Source of the DNA: Candidatus Gottesmanbacteria bacterium RIFCSPHIGHO2_01_FULL_40_15
GTDB taxonomy: Bacteria; Patescibacteriota; Microgenomatia; 2-02-FULL-39-11
Reading direction: 5' to 3'
Assembly (NCBI GenBank): GCA_001779115.1
Contig: MFJF01000015.1
Span: 22,491 to 86,490, forward strand
Length of the DNA stretch: 64,000 nt
Positions 49,472 to 60,489 of this stretch are shown one piece after another (positions within the stretch are counted from its first letter, which is position 1; each line of letters begins with the position of its first letter). A model generated the notes under the pieces. That model worked only from the letters and a program-made list of their open reading frames with translations. It did no database searches and had not been told where the DNA came from. The position numbers and the translations under genes were made by a program.

Positions 49472-49548
49472 GGTAAACAATAGTATATAATAAGACAGCA
49501 ATCATCATTAAGAATAAGTTTATCTGCATTACAAATTAAATTAACAAA

Positions 49549-51453
49549 ATGAGACGAAATTATCTTCTGCTCATTTTTTTTATTCTTTTTTTTCAAATAT
49601 TTTTTATTCTGATTGACCGTCACAGCTATTATTTCGATATGAAATATTATTTAAATACCTCATCTGTTCTGCATGAGGCTTTTAGAAATATATTCACATA
49701 TCCATTATCATTCGGGAAAATACATTATTTCTTCACAATGCTTTTAACAGGTTACCGGCCGTCTTTATATTATATTCCCGGTATTATTTTAGGTAGCCTT
49801 TGGAAATTTAATGCCAAGATATTTGTAATTATTACTTACCTTTTTTATTTCACGCTGGCTTCACTGACAATTTATTCAGTTGCTCCAAGGAATTCTCTGG
49901 AAAACATTTATAAAACTGCTTTTTTACTGTTTATTATCAGTCCGCAAATTTTAGTTTATGGAAGATACCCTATGGTTGAATTTCCGTTATTTTTAATAGT
50001 CGCTGTAACTATTATTCTTTATTTATATTCTGACAGTCTTACCCGTTCTCCTTATTGGCAATTATTCATAATATTTTCGGTTGCCGGGATGCTAATTAAA
50101 TTCAGCTATGTTTCTTTTGTAATCTATCCGGTTTTGTTTATCGCGGTTCTTGACAGTCTTTTAATAATTAGGTCAATGGGTTGGCAGGGCTATTTATCAA
50201 GGTTTGAAAAAGAAAAAAATTTCCGAATCTTACAGGCAGCTTTTTTTCTGTCTTTATTTTTAATCGGTCTGAGTATTTTTAGCGGATTCAAAGGTTATTT
50301 TCTCGGCAATTTACACCACTTTTTAAGAACAGAGGTTGCCGGTTACTGGTCATACCCTTATCAAACCTTTCCGGAAAAATTATGGTGGATTTTAATAGCG
50401 CCCACGCAAATAACAACCGTTCCGGTACTTTTATTATTTATTTTGGGAATAATTTTTTACGGCCGGAAATTGAATAAATTGTATATTTTTATTTTATTGC
50501 CCCTGATTCAATTCGGTTTTTTCATGCAATCAAAAGGTGCCAGACTGTTTGCTCCGGTTGTCTTTCCCATTTGTCTCGTCGCGGCTTACGGATTGAATCA
50601 TTTACTCAGTAGAATGCCGACTGTTTTTAAAAAGAGATATTTTTCTATAATTTCCTTATTTATTATTATTAATATGTTCAGCAGCGTTTTTATTTCCCTA
50701 GATCACGCTCCGGCATACGAATATCCGGAAGGAGGCAGCATTGATATTTTTAACGGTTTAACCGTTCAGGCAGTTACCCGGGGAGGTTGGGGGGAAGACA
50801 AAAATATTTGGGATGAAAAAGTTAAGGATATCACCGGGATTATTCTGGACAGACAGGTGCAAAAAGCCACTGTTGTCCATCTATACTATACTGTTAAATT
50901 ACCGCCTTACAATCAGGAATTGGAAAAAAAAGGATATAAGCAGGTAATCGATGAACTCTTATGGCCGGAGGCTCAACGGTTTCCTATTGAAGTATTTACT
51001 GCAAAAAATGTATTTATCATCAGAAAAACCGGAAACTTTACCCATTGGGGGGAGAAAGGTACGGGGTTGGAACTTGAAAGGAATTTACGGTTTTTAAACG
51101 GACGGTTTGCCGATAATACTTCAATTTGGCGGAAAAAAACAATTAAACTGAATGATGTAATATTACCTGATAAATCAATAGTTGAAATATTTTACAGATA
51201 TGATGATTTGACTGATGAAGAAACAGTCCGGCTTTATGAAGAATTCTTAAATTATGATTATCCTAATGCAATAAATATAAAAATCGCGGAAAGTCTGATT
51301 GAATATTTTACAAATTCAAAGGAGCCGGAAAAAATATATTACTGGCGAAGTTGGGTTAAAAATGCCGAAATTCATCCGAAAGTTATCCGTCTGCTTTCAG
51401 TTAAAGACATTAAAAAAGTTAACGAAATTCGGGAGAAGCTTCTAAATAATTAA
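49549..51453 (+). CDS. Polytopic membrane protein, probable GT-C
   Basis: YFDMKYY, YRPSLY, GRYPMVE, GMLIKFSY, GARLFAP; C-terminal soluble domain. Confidence 0.55.
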   Translation: MRRNYLLLIFFILFFQIFFILIDRHSYYFDMKYYLNTSSVLHEAFRNIFTYPLSFGKIHYFFTMLLTGYRPSLYYIPGIILGSLWKFNAKIFVIITYLFYFTLASLTIYSVAPRNSLENIYKTAFLLFIISPQILVYGRYPMVEFPLFLIVAVTIILYLYSDSLTRSPYWQLFIIFSVAGMLIKFSYVSFVIYPVLFIAVLDSLLIIRSMGWQGYLSRFEKEKNFRILQAAFFLSLFLIGLSIFSGFKGYFLGNLHHFLRTEVAGYWSYPYQTFPEKLWWILIAPTQITTVPVLLLFILGIIFYGRKLNKLYIFILLPLIQFGFFMQSKGARLFAPVVFPICLVAAYGLNHLLSRMPTVFKKRYFSIISLFIIINMFSSVFISLDHAPAYEYPEGGSIDIFNGLTVQAVTRGGWGEDKNIWDEKVKDITGIILDRQVQKATVVHLYYTVKLPPYNQELEKKGYKQVIDELLWPEAQRFPIEVFTAKNVFIIRKTGNFTHWGEKGTGLELERNLRFLNGRFADNTSIWRKKTIKLNDVILPDKSIVEIFYRYDDLTDEETVRLYEEFLNYDYPNAINIKIAESLIEYFTNSKEPEKIYYWRSWVKNAEIHPKVIRLLSVKDIKKVNEIREKLLNN

Positions 51454-51471
51454 CAGGAGTAATTAACTAAA

Positions 51472-52398
51472 TTGAAAAAAATTTTGGTTACGGGACTGTC
51501 CGGGTTTATCGGAACCCGGTTGTCAGAATTATTTCACCGATATTCATTAATCGGAGTAAGCCGGTCAGTTTCCCGAAATGGAAGGATTCCGGCCAGGAAT
51601 ATGATTAAAGCTGATATTACCGATGAAAAAGAGTTAAGTAAAAAAATAAACAATATTGAGTTTGACGGGATAATTCATTTGGCAGGGATAACTCATATAG
51701 ACAGGTGTGAAGAGGATAAAATTAACGGAAAAAACGGCCTTGCTTGGAAAGTTAATGTCACCGGGACGGAAAACATTATCAGGGCATGCAGCCAAAGCGG
51801 CAAATTCCTTCTATTTCTGTCAACAGAATGTGTCTTTGACGGAAAAAAAGGTTTTTATAAGGAGTCAGACACGCCCTCTCCGGTTAACTGGTACGGCCGG
51901 ACAAAATATGAAGCTGAAAAGAAGATTTTGAGCAGTAAAATTAATGCCTGCATATTAAGATCGGTATTGGTTTACGGTCATTCAAAGGGTTATAAAGTTG
52001 ATTTGGCTAAAAAATTTTTCGAATTGCTAAAATCAGGCAAAAAAATATCAGCAGTCAATGATCAATTTGTGACTTTTACTTTTATTGATGACCTGATTGG
52101 TGCAATTAATCTGGCTTGGGACAAGAAACTTACCGGCATATATCATTTTGCGGCAGAGACCTCTTTATCACCTTTTGAATTTGCCCGGACTATTTCTTCG
52201 GGATTTGGTTTAAATAATAAAATGATAAAACAAACAACTCTTGAGAAATTTTTCGGTAAATCACACCGCTTGCGGTTGGTCAATTCCAGTTTGAATTCGG
52301 ATAAATTCAGGGAATTTTCCCGTACCAGGGCTAAAAATTTGGAAGATGTTGTACCCATACTTGTCAAAAGATGGGGTAAACCGGGAAATATAAAGTAA
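51472..52398 (+). CDS. RmlD-like dTDP-4-dehydrorhamnose reductase family SDR
   Basis: TGLSGFIG, THIDRCE, STECVFDG, PVNWYGRTK, VNDQ. Confidence 0.85.
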   Translation: MKKILVTGLSGFIGTRLSELFHRYSLIGVSRSVSRNGRIPARNMIKADITDEKELSKKINNIEFDGIIHLAGITHIDRCEEDKINGKNGLAWKVNVTGTENIIRACSQSGKFLLFLSTECVFDGKKGFYKESDTPSPVNWYGRTKYEAEKKILSSKINACILRSVLVYGHSKGYKVDLAKKFFELLKSGKKISAVNDQFVTFTFIDDLIGAINLAWDKKLTGIYHFAAETSLSPFEFARTISSGFGLNNKMIKQTTLEKFFGKSHRLRLVNSSLNSDKFREFSRTRAKNLEDVVPILVKRWGKPGNIK

Positions 52399-53573
52399 TG
52401 GAAATTCTTTTTGTCATATCATATTTTTTTCCTGCCTGGGCTTATGGCGGACCCGGAAAACTGGTCAGGGAATTAGCCCGGACATTATCAGATCGGGGTT
52501 TCCGGCTGGCGATTTATTCGACTGATGCTTTCGATCTGAAAAGGAGAAGGAAAGAGATTGACAATAAACTTTTAAAAAAGGAAAAATATAAGATTTATTT
52601 TTTCAGAACAATAAATAACCGCTTCAGCTATTACAGTAAATTTTTCCTGTCTCCCGGCCTTGTTTTGACTGCCGCAGCTGAAATCGGAAAATTTGATCTG
52701 GTACACCTGCATGAATTTTTTACCGGAAATGTTGCTATTATTACTTTCCTGGCGGTATTATTTAAAATTCCTTATATAATTTCCGCTCACGGAACTCTTG
52801 ATAGTTACCGCATCAAACACCGCAATTTCGGCAAAAAAATTTTTATGATTTTTTTCGGAAAAAGAATCATTAAAAATTCAGCCGGATTTGTCGCTGCAAC
52901 AGTTGAAGAAACGGAAGAATATAAGCTTTTGGGTGTTCCGGCTGCTAAAATTCATCACATTCCCAACGGAATTGATCTTAAAGAATTCGATAATATGCCC
53001 GGAAAAAACATATTTAAAAAGAAGCACAATATATCCGCCGGGGAAAAAGTGCTTTTATATTTGGGGAGAATACATAAATTAAAAGGTTTAAGACATTTAG
53101 TTGAGGCAATGCCGCTAATCAGCAGTCAAATAGACTGCCGCTTAGTGGTTGCCGGCAGCGATGACGGCTACCAGGAGGAACTTATAAAACTTGTAAAAAA
53201 AAATAAAATCAGTAATGTGGTATTCCCCGGGTTAATCCAGGGGAAGGAAAAATTACAGTTATACAGGGACAGTGATGTTTTTGTTTATCCTTCCTTATCC
53301 GAGGGATTTTCTTTGGCAGTCCTGGAAGCTGCTGCCGCCGGTTTACCGCTGGTGATTACATACGGCTGCAAATTTCCCCAAGTGGCAGAGTATAATGCCG
53401 GTTATATTGTCAGTGCCAAAGCCGAATCTTTAGCCTCGGCAGTGATTAAGATATTAAAAGATGAAAAAAAAAGAAAATCTATGGGTCGCTCGGCCGGAAA
53501 AATGATTAAAAATGATTATTCGATAACAGTAATGGCAAAAAGGCTGGCCGGACTGTATAAAAATATTTCCTGA
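52398..53573 (+). CDS. GT4 glycosyltransferase
   Basis: YGGP, SAHG, IPNGID, LGRIHKLKG, PSLSEGFSLAVLEAAA. Confidence 0.9.
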   Translation: MEILFVISYFFPAWAYGGPGKLVRELARTLSDRGFRLAIYSTDAFDLKRRRKEIDNKLLKKEKYKIYFFRTINNRFSYYSKFFLSPGLVLTAAAEIGKFDLVHLHEFFTGNVAIITFLAVLFKIPYIISAHGTLDSYRIKHRNFGKKIFMIFFGKRIIKNSAGFVAATVEETEEYKLLGVPAAKIHHIPNGIDLKEFDNMPGKNIFKKKHNISAGEKVLLYLGRIHKLKGLRHLVEAMPLISSQIDCRLVVAGSDDGYQEELIKLVKKNKISNVVFPGLIQGKEKLQLYRDSDVFVYPSLSEGFSLAVLEAAAAGLPLVITYGCKFPQVAEYNAGYIVSAKAESLASAVIKILKDEKKRKSMGRSAGKMIKNDYSITVMAKRLAGLYKNIS

Positions 53574-53575
53574 AA

Positions 53576-54292
53576 ATGGTTAAATTATCCAAATTATTTT
53601 ACGAAAGTACATATAAAACCGGCTATACATTTAAACAACCTAAGGGAATCAGTGGATTAATATTCAAATTATTCCGGAGATTTGAGGAATACCGTGAGGA
53701 TGCAGTCTGTAATATGCTGCCCGGCGGTGGGCGGTTATTGGATATAGGCTGCGGTGACGGTAATCTGGTATTTAAATCACTAGATTATTACTCGGAAATT
53801 TATGGAATGGACATCGCCGGAACAAGATTGAAAGTCGCCAGAAAGAAAAGGAACGGACTTAAACCAAGAGACCGGAAAAAAATAAAGTTCGTTTTAGCAG
53901 ATGCCGATCAGCCTTTTCCCTTTAAAAATTCATTTTTTAACGCGGTAACACTGGTGGCCACCCTTGAGCATTTTTTTGATCCGTACTTTATTTTAGGGGA
54001 AACTAAAAGAGTATTAAAAACAGGCGGCCGGATAATAATTGAAGTTCCCAATTTGGGATATCTGCCCAGACGTCTTTGTGTATTAACCGGAAATTTACCG
54101 GTAACCAGCGAGGATGAAGCCGGTTGGGACGGAGGTCATTTGCATTATTTCACTTTTAAGACTTTAAAAGAATTATTGAAAGTTGTAGGATTTACTGCCG
54201 AAGAGGAAACTTGCTCTGGGATATTTGCCGGGTTAAGGAGATGGTGGCTGCCTCTTTTGGCAGCGGATATAATCATAAGTGCTAAAAAATAA
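53576..54292 (+). CDS. Class I SAM-dependent methyltransferase
   Basis: LLDIGCGDG, LEH, LKTGG..IIEVPN, HLHYFT. Confidence 0.9.
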   Translation: MVKLSKLFYESTYKTGYTFKQPKGISGLIFKLFRRFEEYREDAVCNMLPGGGRLLDIGCGDGNLVFKSLDYYSEIYGMDIAGTRLKVARKKRNGLKPRDRKKIKFVLADADQPFPFKNSFFNAVTLVATLEHFFDPYFILGETKRVLKTGGRIIIEVPNLGYLPRRLCVLTGNLPVTSEDEAGWDGGHLHYFTFKTLKELLKVVGFTAEEETCSGIFAGLRRWWLPLLAADIIISAKK

Positions 54293-54301
54293 AATAAATA
54301 T

Positions 54302-56254
54302 ATGTGCGGAATAGCCGGAATATATTATTTTAACGGGAAAAAAGCGGATAAAAAAATCTTAGACCGGATGATTCAGGCTTTAATTCACCGGGGACCAGAC
54401 GATCAGGGTAACAAATTGCACGGCAATGTCGGTATTGCCAATTGCAGACTGGCGATTATTGACCTATCCAAACGCGGCCGGCAGCCGATGACTGACTCTA
54501 CCGGAAATGTCAGCATTACTTATAACGGTGAAATTTTCAATTATCAGAAGTTAAGGGAAAAACTTCTCAGGTCAGGCTACCGCTTTAAATCGGAAACAGA
54601 TACGGAGGTTATCTTAAACGGTTATCTTAAATGGGGAGAGGGGATTGTTTCCAAATTAATCGGTCAATTCGCTTTTTGTATTTGGGATAAAAATACAAAC
54701 AGTTTACTGTTAGCCAGGGATCAACTGGGTATAAATCCGCTGTATTATATTCAAAAGGGAAATTTTTTTTTATTCGCTTCCGAAATTAAAGCTTTAATTG
54801 CCTCAGGTCTTATAAATCGGGAAATTAATCCCCAGGCAATTCATCATTTCCTGTCTGTATTTCATATACCGCAACCCATGACAATTTTTCAGGATATAAA
54901 ATCACTTTTGCCGGGCCATTATCTTAAGGTTTCCGGAAACGGACTGAAATCAACCTGTTTTTGGCAAATACCTCTGGGCGGTTGGAAAAATAACCGGCTG
55001 TCAAAAAATGAAATAAAAGAAAAACTTAGATATCAGCTTATTTCTGCGGTTGATGCTGCCAGCGTATCAGATGTACCGGTATCCGCATTTTTATCAGGAG
55101 GAATTGATTCATCAGCCGTAGTTTCTTTATTAGCTCAAAAAAGTTCATATCCGATAAAAACGTTCTGCCTTTACTATCAGGGTGACAGCTATTTTGATGA
55201 AAGACATTTTGCCAGGATTGTATCCCGGATGTATTCAACCGAACATAATGAAATAACTGTCAGTAATACGGAAATTAAAAATGAGTTACCCAAAATAATT
55301 TATTTTTATGACCAGCCTACCGGCGGATCTTTTGAAACATACTTTATTACGAAAGCTGCCGGTAAATCGACAAAAGTTGCCTTATCTGGACTGGGAGGGG
55401 ATGAACTTTTTGCCGGATATCACTCGCTGATTTATAAATGGAAATTTTTGTCTTCTCTGTACCGTAAAATACCCGGTCCATGGCTCAATTTCATTCATCA
55501 TTCTTTGGAAAGGTTACCCCTTAAAGCTGATCTGAAGCATACAATCACAACCGCCGATAAATTTTTAAGGCTTAGTAATCCGGTAAAACAGCGCTTATTT
55601 TATTATTTTGTATTTAATGAGGCTGAAAAAAAGAAAATGTATTCGGCTGAATATCTTTCAAATAAGGACAATTATGAAACTGAAAAGTATTTCACTGATC
55701 TTGCGGATTATGTCAAGGAGTATTCCGCTGTCAGCCAGCTTTATTATATGGATTTGACAAGTTATACGCGTGACGACCTTCTATTAGGCATGAACATGAT
55801 GAGCATGTGTAATTCTCTCGAAGTCAGAGTCCCCCTTTTAAATCCGGAACTGGTTTCTTTTGCCGACAGTATTCCGCCGCATTTAAAATACCAAAACGGT
55901 ATCTCAAAATACATATTTAAAGAAGTAGTCCGGGAATGGCTGCCGGAGGAAGTAATATACAGGAAGAAAAAAGGATTCGGTTTACCGAGGTCCAAAATAA
56001 TGAAACAAGGTTTAAAAAAATACATTTATAATTGTTTGAATTCTGGCATTTTTATTAAGAGAGGATATTTTAATCCTTCCTATATCCGTTCTCTTACTGA
56101 TACGTTTTTCCGTGATAATTCAAAAAGACACCTCTGGAGCCAGGATCTGCAGATTTGGATTCTCTTTATTTTTGAATTATGGTGCCGTCTCTATCTGGAC
56201 CGGAAAGAAGTTACAGTTCCTTCAATAACACTCTCAGATTTAGTAGATCTATGA
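54302..56254 (+). CDS. asnB: Asparagine synthase-like glutamine amidotransferase (WbpS-type context)
   Basis: MCGIAG, HRGPDD, RLAIID, YNGEIFN, FLSGGIDSS, SGLGGDELFAGY, RKKKGF. Confidence 0.93.
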   Translation: MCGIAGIYYFNGKKADKKILDRMIQALIHRGPDDQGNKLHGNVGIANCRLAIIDLSKRGRQPMTDSTGNVSITYNGEIFNYQKLREKLLRSGYRFKSETDTEVILNGYLKWGEGIVSKLIGQFAFCIWDKNTNSLLLARDQLGINPLYYIQKGNFFLFASEIKALIASGLINREINPQAIHHFLSVFHIPQPMTIFQDIKSLLPGHYLKVSGNGLKSTCFWQIPLGGWKNNRLSKNEIKEKLRYQLISAVDAASVSDVPVSAFLSGGIDSSAVVSLLAQKSSYPIKTFCLYYQGDSYFDERHFARIVSRMYSTEHNEITVSNTEIKNELPKIIYFYDQPTGGSFETYFITKAAGKSTKVALSGLGGDELFAGYHSLIYKWKFLSSLYRKIPGPWLNFIHHSLERLPLKADLKHTITTADKFLRLSNPVKQRLFYYFVFNEAEKKKMYSAEYLSNKDNYETEKYFTDLADYVKEYSAVSQLYYMDLTSYTRDDLLLGMNMMSMCNSLEVRVPLLNPELVSFADSIPPHLKYQNGISKYIFKEVVREWLPEEVIYRKKKGFGLPRSKIMKQGLKKYIYNCLNSGIFIKRGYFNPSYIRSLTDTFFRDNSKRHLWSQDLQIWILFIFELWCRLYLDRKEVTVPSITLSDLVDL

Positions 56255-57411
56255 GAATAATTCATCTGATAGATTATTTCCAGCCGAAACTGGGCTACCA
56301 GGAAACTTACCTTGCCTTAGCGCATTTAAGATTGGGACACCATGTTACCGTAATAACATCTGATCGCCACTATCCGTTTTCCGATTATGCTTCAGCTTTC
56401 CAGAAGATATTGGGAGAAAGAAAGAAAAAACCGGGCAAATTTAAAGAATATGGCCTGGATACATTAAGACTTGCGGCAATTGAAATGCCTTTCACTCCGG
56501 TGATATTTCTTCGTAATTTAAAGACTGCCTTAGCGCATTTAAATCCTGATATGGTTTTTTGTCATGGGATATTTTCAGTTGTGTCATTTCAGGCAGCCCT
56601 TTATAAGGAACAATTTTCATACAAATTGTTTTATGACAGTCACGCCGCTGATTTTAATACGGATTTTGAAAATTCATTATTAAAAAAATTCTATTATTTA
56701 CTGTACATCAAACTGATGGCACCCGTTATCAAAAAAGCCGCCGATAGATTATTCGCAGTAGGGGAGGCGGAAAAGAAGTTTCTTCTGCGTTTTCTTAAAA
56801 TTCCCAATTATCGGGTTGAAATATTAAGAGTTGGCATTGATCCTGTTTTTTTGAAAGCTAAAAAAGAGAAGCGGATGGAAATACGCAGAAAATTGGGCAT
56901 TTCGCCTGATGAATTTGCCATTATTTACACCGGCAAAATCGCTCCGGGGAAAGATTTGCCTGTATTACTCCGGGCGGTTAAATTGCTTGAAGGATTGCCC
57001 GTAAAAATTCTGATTATTGGCGGAGGTAACGTACATTATATCGAAAAATTAAAAAAGCAATATCCTTTTCGGGAAAAAGTTATTTGGACCGGTTTTATTA
57101 CCAATAAAATGTTAACAAAGTATTATAGTGCTGCTGACACGGCAATCTGGCCCGGTAATCCGTCAGTAGCTGTTCTTGAAGCTATGGCCGCCGGATTACC
57201 GGTCATTATTTCCCGTTGGTTTGGTACCCGGTATTTGAATAAAAACAAAACAGTTTTGTCATTTCCCCGGGGAAATCATATAAAATTAGCTAATTTAATT
57301 AAAATATTATCAATTAATAGCCAATTTAGACAAAAATTGGGAATAAAAGCCCAATTATTCATAAAAAATGAATTATCTTGGGATAAAATCGCAAAACAAG
57401 CTATAATTTAG
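56251..57411 (+). CDS. GT4 glycosyltransferase
   Basis: Start ATG 56251. LGYQE, YTGKI..GK, VLEAMAAGLPVI, LSWDKIA. Confidence 0.88.
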   Translation: MRIIHLIDYFQPKLGYQETYLALAHLRLGHHVTVITSDRHYPFSDYASAFQKILGERKKKPGKFKEYGLDTLRLAAIEMPFTPVIFLRNLKTALAHLNPDMVFCHGIFSVVSFQAALYKEQFSYKLFYDSHAADFNTDFENSLLKKFYYLLYIKLMAPVIKKAADRLFAVGEAEKKFLLRFLKIPNYRVEILRVGIDPVFLKAKKEKRMEIRRKLGISPDEFAIIYTGKIAPGKDLPVLLRAVKLLEGLPVKILIIGGGNVHYIEKLKKQYPFREKVIWTGFITNKMLTKYYSAADTAIWPGNPSVAVLEAMAAGLPVIISRWFGTRYLNKNKTVLSFPRGNHIKLANLIKILSINSQFRQKLGIKAQLFIKNELSWDKIAKQAII

Positions 57412-57507
57412 TATATTTACCATTAAAATTGACTTCATATGAAATTTTTATTATCATTTTCTGCAATTATTTGTATATTTTTCTTCTTTTAATACTTTTA
57501 TGTCTTT

Positions 57508-58524
57508 ATGATTAAGATTGGTGTCATCGGCAGCGGTTATTGGGGTAAACATCACTTGAGAATATTTTCACAATTACCTTGTGAGCTTATCGGAGTAGCT
57601 GATATCAATCCGGAACATGCAAAATTGGCAGAATATTTTAAAATTCCTTTTTATAAAGATTACAGAAAATTACTTAAAAAGGCGGACGCGGTAACTGTTG
57701 TCACACCTCCGGCTACCCATTACGAAATCGCCAAAACCGCACTTTTAAGGAAAAAACATGTATTGCTGGAAAAACCTTTTGTCTTAAAACTTTCTCAAGC
57801 TCAAAGACTGTACAAATTAGCGGAAAAAAATAAAGTTCATCTCATGGCCGGTCATACTTTTCTTTATAATCCGGCAGTCAGATTAATCAGGCGGATGTTA
57901 ACTGAAAATAAATTAGGTAGGATTTATTACCTGACAATGGAATGGATGAATCTGGGAATAATCAGAAGTGATGTAAACGCCTTATGGAATTTCGCTCCTC
58001 ACCCTTTTTCCATCCTGAATTATCTTTTTGAAAAATTACCGGTAAAAGTTTCTTTCAGCGGACTGTCATTTATTCAGAATGGTATTGAAGATTTTGTATC
58101 AGGCAGTCTCTTTTATGAAAATGGAATTGTTGCGCACCTGGTTTTGTCCTGGCTTCATCCGGTAAAAATCAGGCAGATTACTTTGGTTGGCAGTAAAAAA
58201 CTAGTCAGATTTGACGATGTTAATAATGAGTCACCGGTTGAAATTTTTGATAAAGGCATCACCCCTGAAGAATTCTTAAAATACCAATCCTGGGATAATT
58301 TTGCCGAGTTTAAGGCCAAAAAACGATACGGCCTGCTGGAAATTCCGGAGGTGGATAAAATTGAGCCTCTCAAAGAAGAACTGAGGGAATTTATCAATGT
58401 TTCTGAAGGAAAAGTTAAATTGCTTTCAGATCAATTCACTGCAGTTAGTACAATTGCTTTGTTGGAAGCTGCCCAAAAATCAATGATGAAGAAAGGAAAA
58501 ATAATAAGTGTCTCCGGACATTAA
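57508..58524 (+). CDS. Gfo/Idh/MocA oxidoreductase
   Basis: IGVIGSGYWG, TPPATH, HVLLEKP, GHTFLYNP, SWLHP.K.R. Confidence 0.9.
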   Translation: MIKIGVIGSGYWGKHHLRIFSQLPCELIGVADINPEHAKLAEYFKIPFYKDYRKLLKKADAVTVVTPPATHYEIAKTALLRKKHVLLEKPFVLKLSQAQRLYKLAEKNKVHLMAGHTFLYNPAVRLIRRMLTENKLGRIYYLTMEWMNLGIIRSDVNALWNFAPHPFSILNYLFEKLPVKVSFSGLSFIQNGIEDFVSGSLFYENGIVAHLVLSWLHPVKIRQITLVGSKKLVRFDDVNNESPVEIFDKGITPEEFLKYQSWDNFAEFKAKKRYGLLEIPEVDKIEPLKEELREFINVSEGKVKLLSDQFTAVSTIALLEAAQKSMMKKGKIISVSGH

Positions 58525-59482
58525 TATTCTTTTAACCGGTGCCGGTACCCAGACTTTTGCCAATGTAATTAATCCGTTAAAGGATTATTATCGCAATAGA
58601 GTCAAATTGGTTGCCTGTGACATGGATCCGATGGCTTACGGATTATATTTAGCCGATAAATCTTATATTATTCCTCCGGCAGTAAATAGTAATTTTATCA
58701 AAAGAATTGTTGAAATTTGCCGGTTGGAATCGGTTAAAATTATTCTGCCGTTATTGTCGCTGGATATGCTTCCCATATCAAAACACAAAAAAGAGTTTGC
58801 CGATATGGGAGTATCTGCGCCAATTTCCGATTATAAATCGATTAAGATCTGTTCGGATAAAAAATTAACTTATGATTTTTTCCGCCATCACAATATACCG
58901 ACTCCGGCAACTTACCTTCCCGATGAGTTACCCGGGAAATTAGATTTTCCGGTAATTGTTAAACCTCGTCATCTAAGCGGAAGCAAATTTTTTCAAAAAG
59001 TAAACTCCAGAGATGAACTTCCGAAAATAACCGGTTGTGTACCCGATCCGATTATCCAATCTTTTTTGAACGGCCAGGAATATACCGTTGATATTTTGGC
59101 TGATCTGGAAAGCCGTCCTGTCGGAATAGTACCGAGAAGCCGATTGAAAATATCGGCTGGAAAATCAGTGGTGGGTAAAACTGAAGATTTGCCGGTTTTA
59201 AGAAAATTAATTGAATATGTAATTAAAAAAATTCCCCTTATCGGACCCGCCAATATTCAATGCTTTAAAATTAACGGCAATTTTTTGTTCACCGAAGTGA
59301 ATCCCAGATTTTCGGCAGGCGGACTGCCGTTATCTGTTTCCGCCGGAATGAATTCACCGGTACAGCTGGTAAAAATAGCATTGGGCCAAACCGTTCCAAA
59401 ATTAACAAAAAATTACAATAATCTATATCTGTTCAGATATTATACCGAAGTGATTGTTACGGAGAAAAAAATAATCAAATGA
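58508..59482 (+). CDS. ATP-grasp domain protein
   Basis: CSDK..TY, FPVIVKPR..SGS, IIQSFL.GQEYTVD, EVNPRFSAG. Confidence 0.88.
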   Translation: MSPDINILLTGAGTQTFANVINPLKDYYRNRVKLVACDMDPMAYGLYLADKSYIIPPAVNSNFIKRIVEICRLESVKIILPLLSLDMLPISKHKKEFADMGVSAPISDYKSIKICSDKKLTYDFFRHHNIPTPATYLPDELPGKLDFPVIVKPRHLSGSKFFQKVNSRDELPKITGCVPDPIIQSFLNGQEYTVDILADLESRPVGIVPRSRLKISAGKSVVGKTEDLPVLRKLIEYVIKKIPLIGPANIQCFKINGNFLFTEVNPRFSAGGLPLSVSAGMNSPVQLVKIALGQTVPKLTKNYNNLYLFRYYTEVIVTEKKIIK

Positions 59483-60489
59483 CCAGACCGTTTTCCGGAT
59501 TGAAAATACTTGTTACCGGCGGAGCCGGTTTTATCGGTTCGCATATTGTTGATTCTTTGGTTTCCCAAGGAGCAAAAGTAACGGTTTTGGATAATTTTTC
59601 ATTCGGACGCATCGATAATTTAAGCACAGTCAGAAGTAAAATTAAAATTATTAAAGCCGATATCAGGGATTATGGCAAACTGGTAAAAGCCATGGAGGGG
59701 ATCGATATGGTTTCACATCATGCCGCACAATTGGAAATAATCAGGGCAAATAATGATCCCTGGATCGATCTTCAAATCAATTTGCTCGGTACCATAAATG
59801 TTTTAAAAGCAAGCCGCATCAAGCGCGTTAAAAAAATTATTAACGCTTCTTCAGCTTGTGTCTATGGTCAGCCTAAATATAAAAAGCAGGATGAAAATCA
59901 CCCTGTAGAGCCGAATTGGGAATATGGGATATCAAAACTCGCTGCTGAAAAGTATTGCCGCATATTTACAACGTCGTTTGGCATTCCCTCGGTCTCTCTC
60001 CGATACTCAATCGTATATGGCCCACGGGAATGGTACCGGCGTGTTCTGACGATTTTTATCAAAAGAACCATACAGGGAAAGCCTCTTGTTGTGTTTGGCG
60101 ACGGTAAATTATACCGTGATTATGTATACGTGGCAGATGTGGTCAAGGCCCACAACTTATGCCTGATTAAAAAAGCGGCAGACGGAGAAGTTATTAATAT
60201 CGGATCAGGAAATTTAATTACCATTTTGAAATTAGCAAGACTGGTAAATATTGTATCAGGAAAACAATTGCCGATTATCCATGAGCAGGTTTCTGAAGGA
60301 GGGGAAAGCCGGCAAGTTCCCGGTAAGAAAAGAAATCCTCAGGATTTAAAAGGAATGTGCCTGGACAACAAAAAAGCTAAAAAATTATTGGATTGGCAAT
60401 CGGAAGTCACTTTGCCGGACGGAATTCATTTTGAATTGGATTGGGCAATGAAAAATCTCGACCAGTGGCGTAAAATTAAATACTCTTAA
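59479..60489 (+). CDS. NAD-dependent epimerase/dehydratase
   Basis: GGAGFIG, ASSACVYG, EYGISK, LRYSIVYGPR, RDYVYV. Confidence 0.9.
   Translation: MTRPFSGLKILVTGGAGFIGSHIVDSLVSQGAKVTVLDNFSFGRIDNLSTVRSKIKIIKADIRDYGKLVKAMEGIDMVSHHAAQLEIIRANNDPWIDLQINLLGTINVLKASRIKRVKKIINASSACVYGQPKYKKQDENHPVEPNWEYGISKLAAEKYCRIFTTSFGIPSVSLRYSIVYGPREWYRRVLTIFIKRTIQGKPLVVFGDGKLYRDYVYVADVVKAHNLCLIKKAADGEVINIGSGNLITILKLARLVNIVSGKQLPIIHEQVSEGGESRQVPGKKRNPQDLKGMCLDNKKAKKLLDWQSEVTLPDGIHFELDWAMKNLDQWRKIKYS

Noticed and set aside
57488-57511. Possible leaderless mini-ORF ATG TCT TTA TGA overlapping the oxidoreductase start
   Set aside because: It is only three codons behind a weak TTTAAT box in very AT-rich DNA, so it is easily chance
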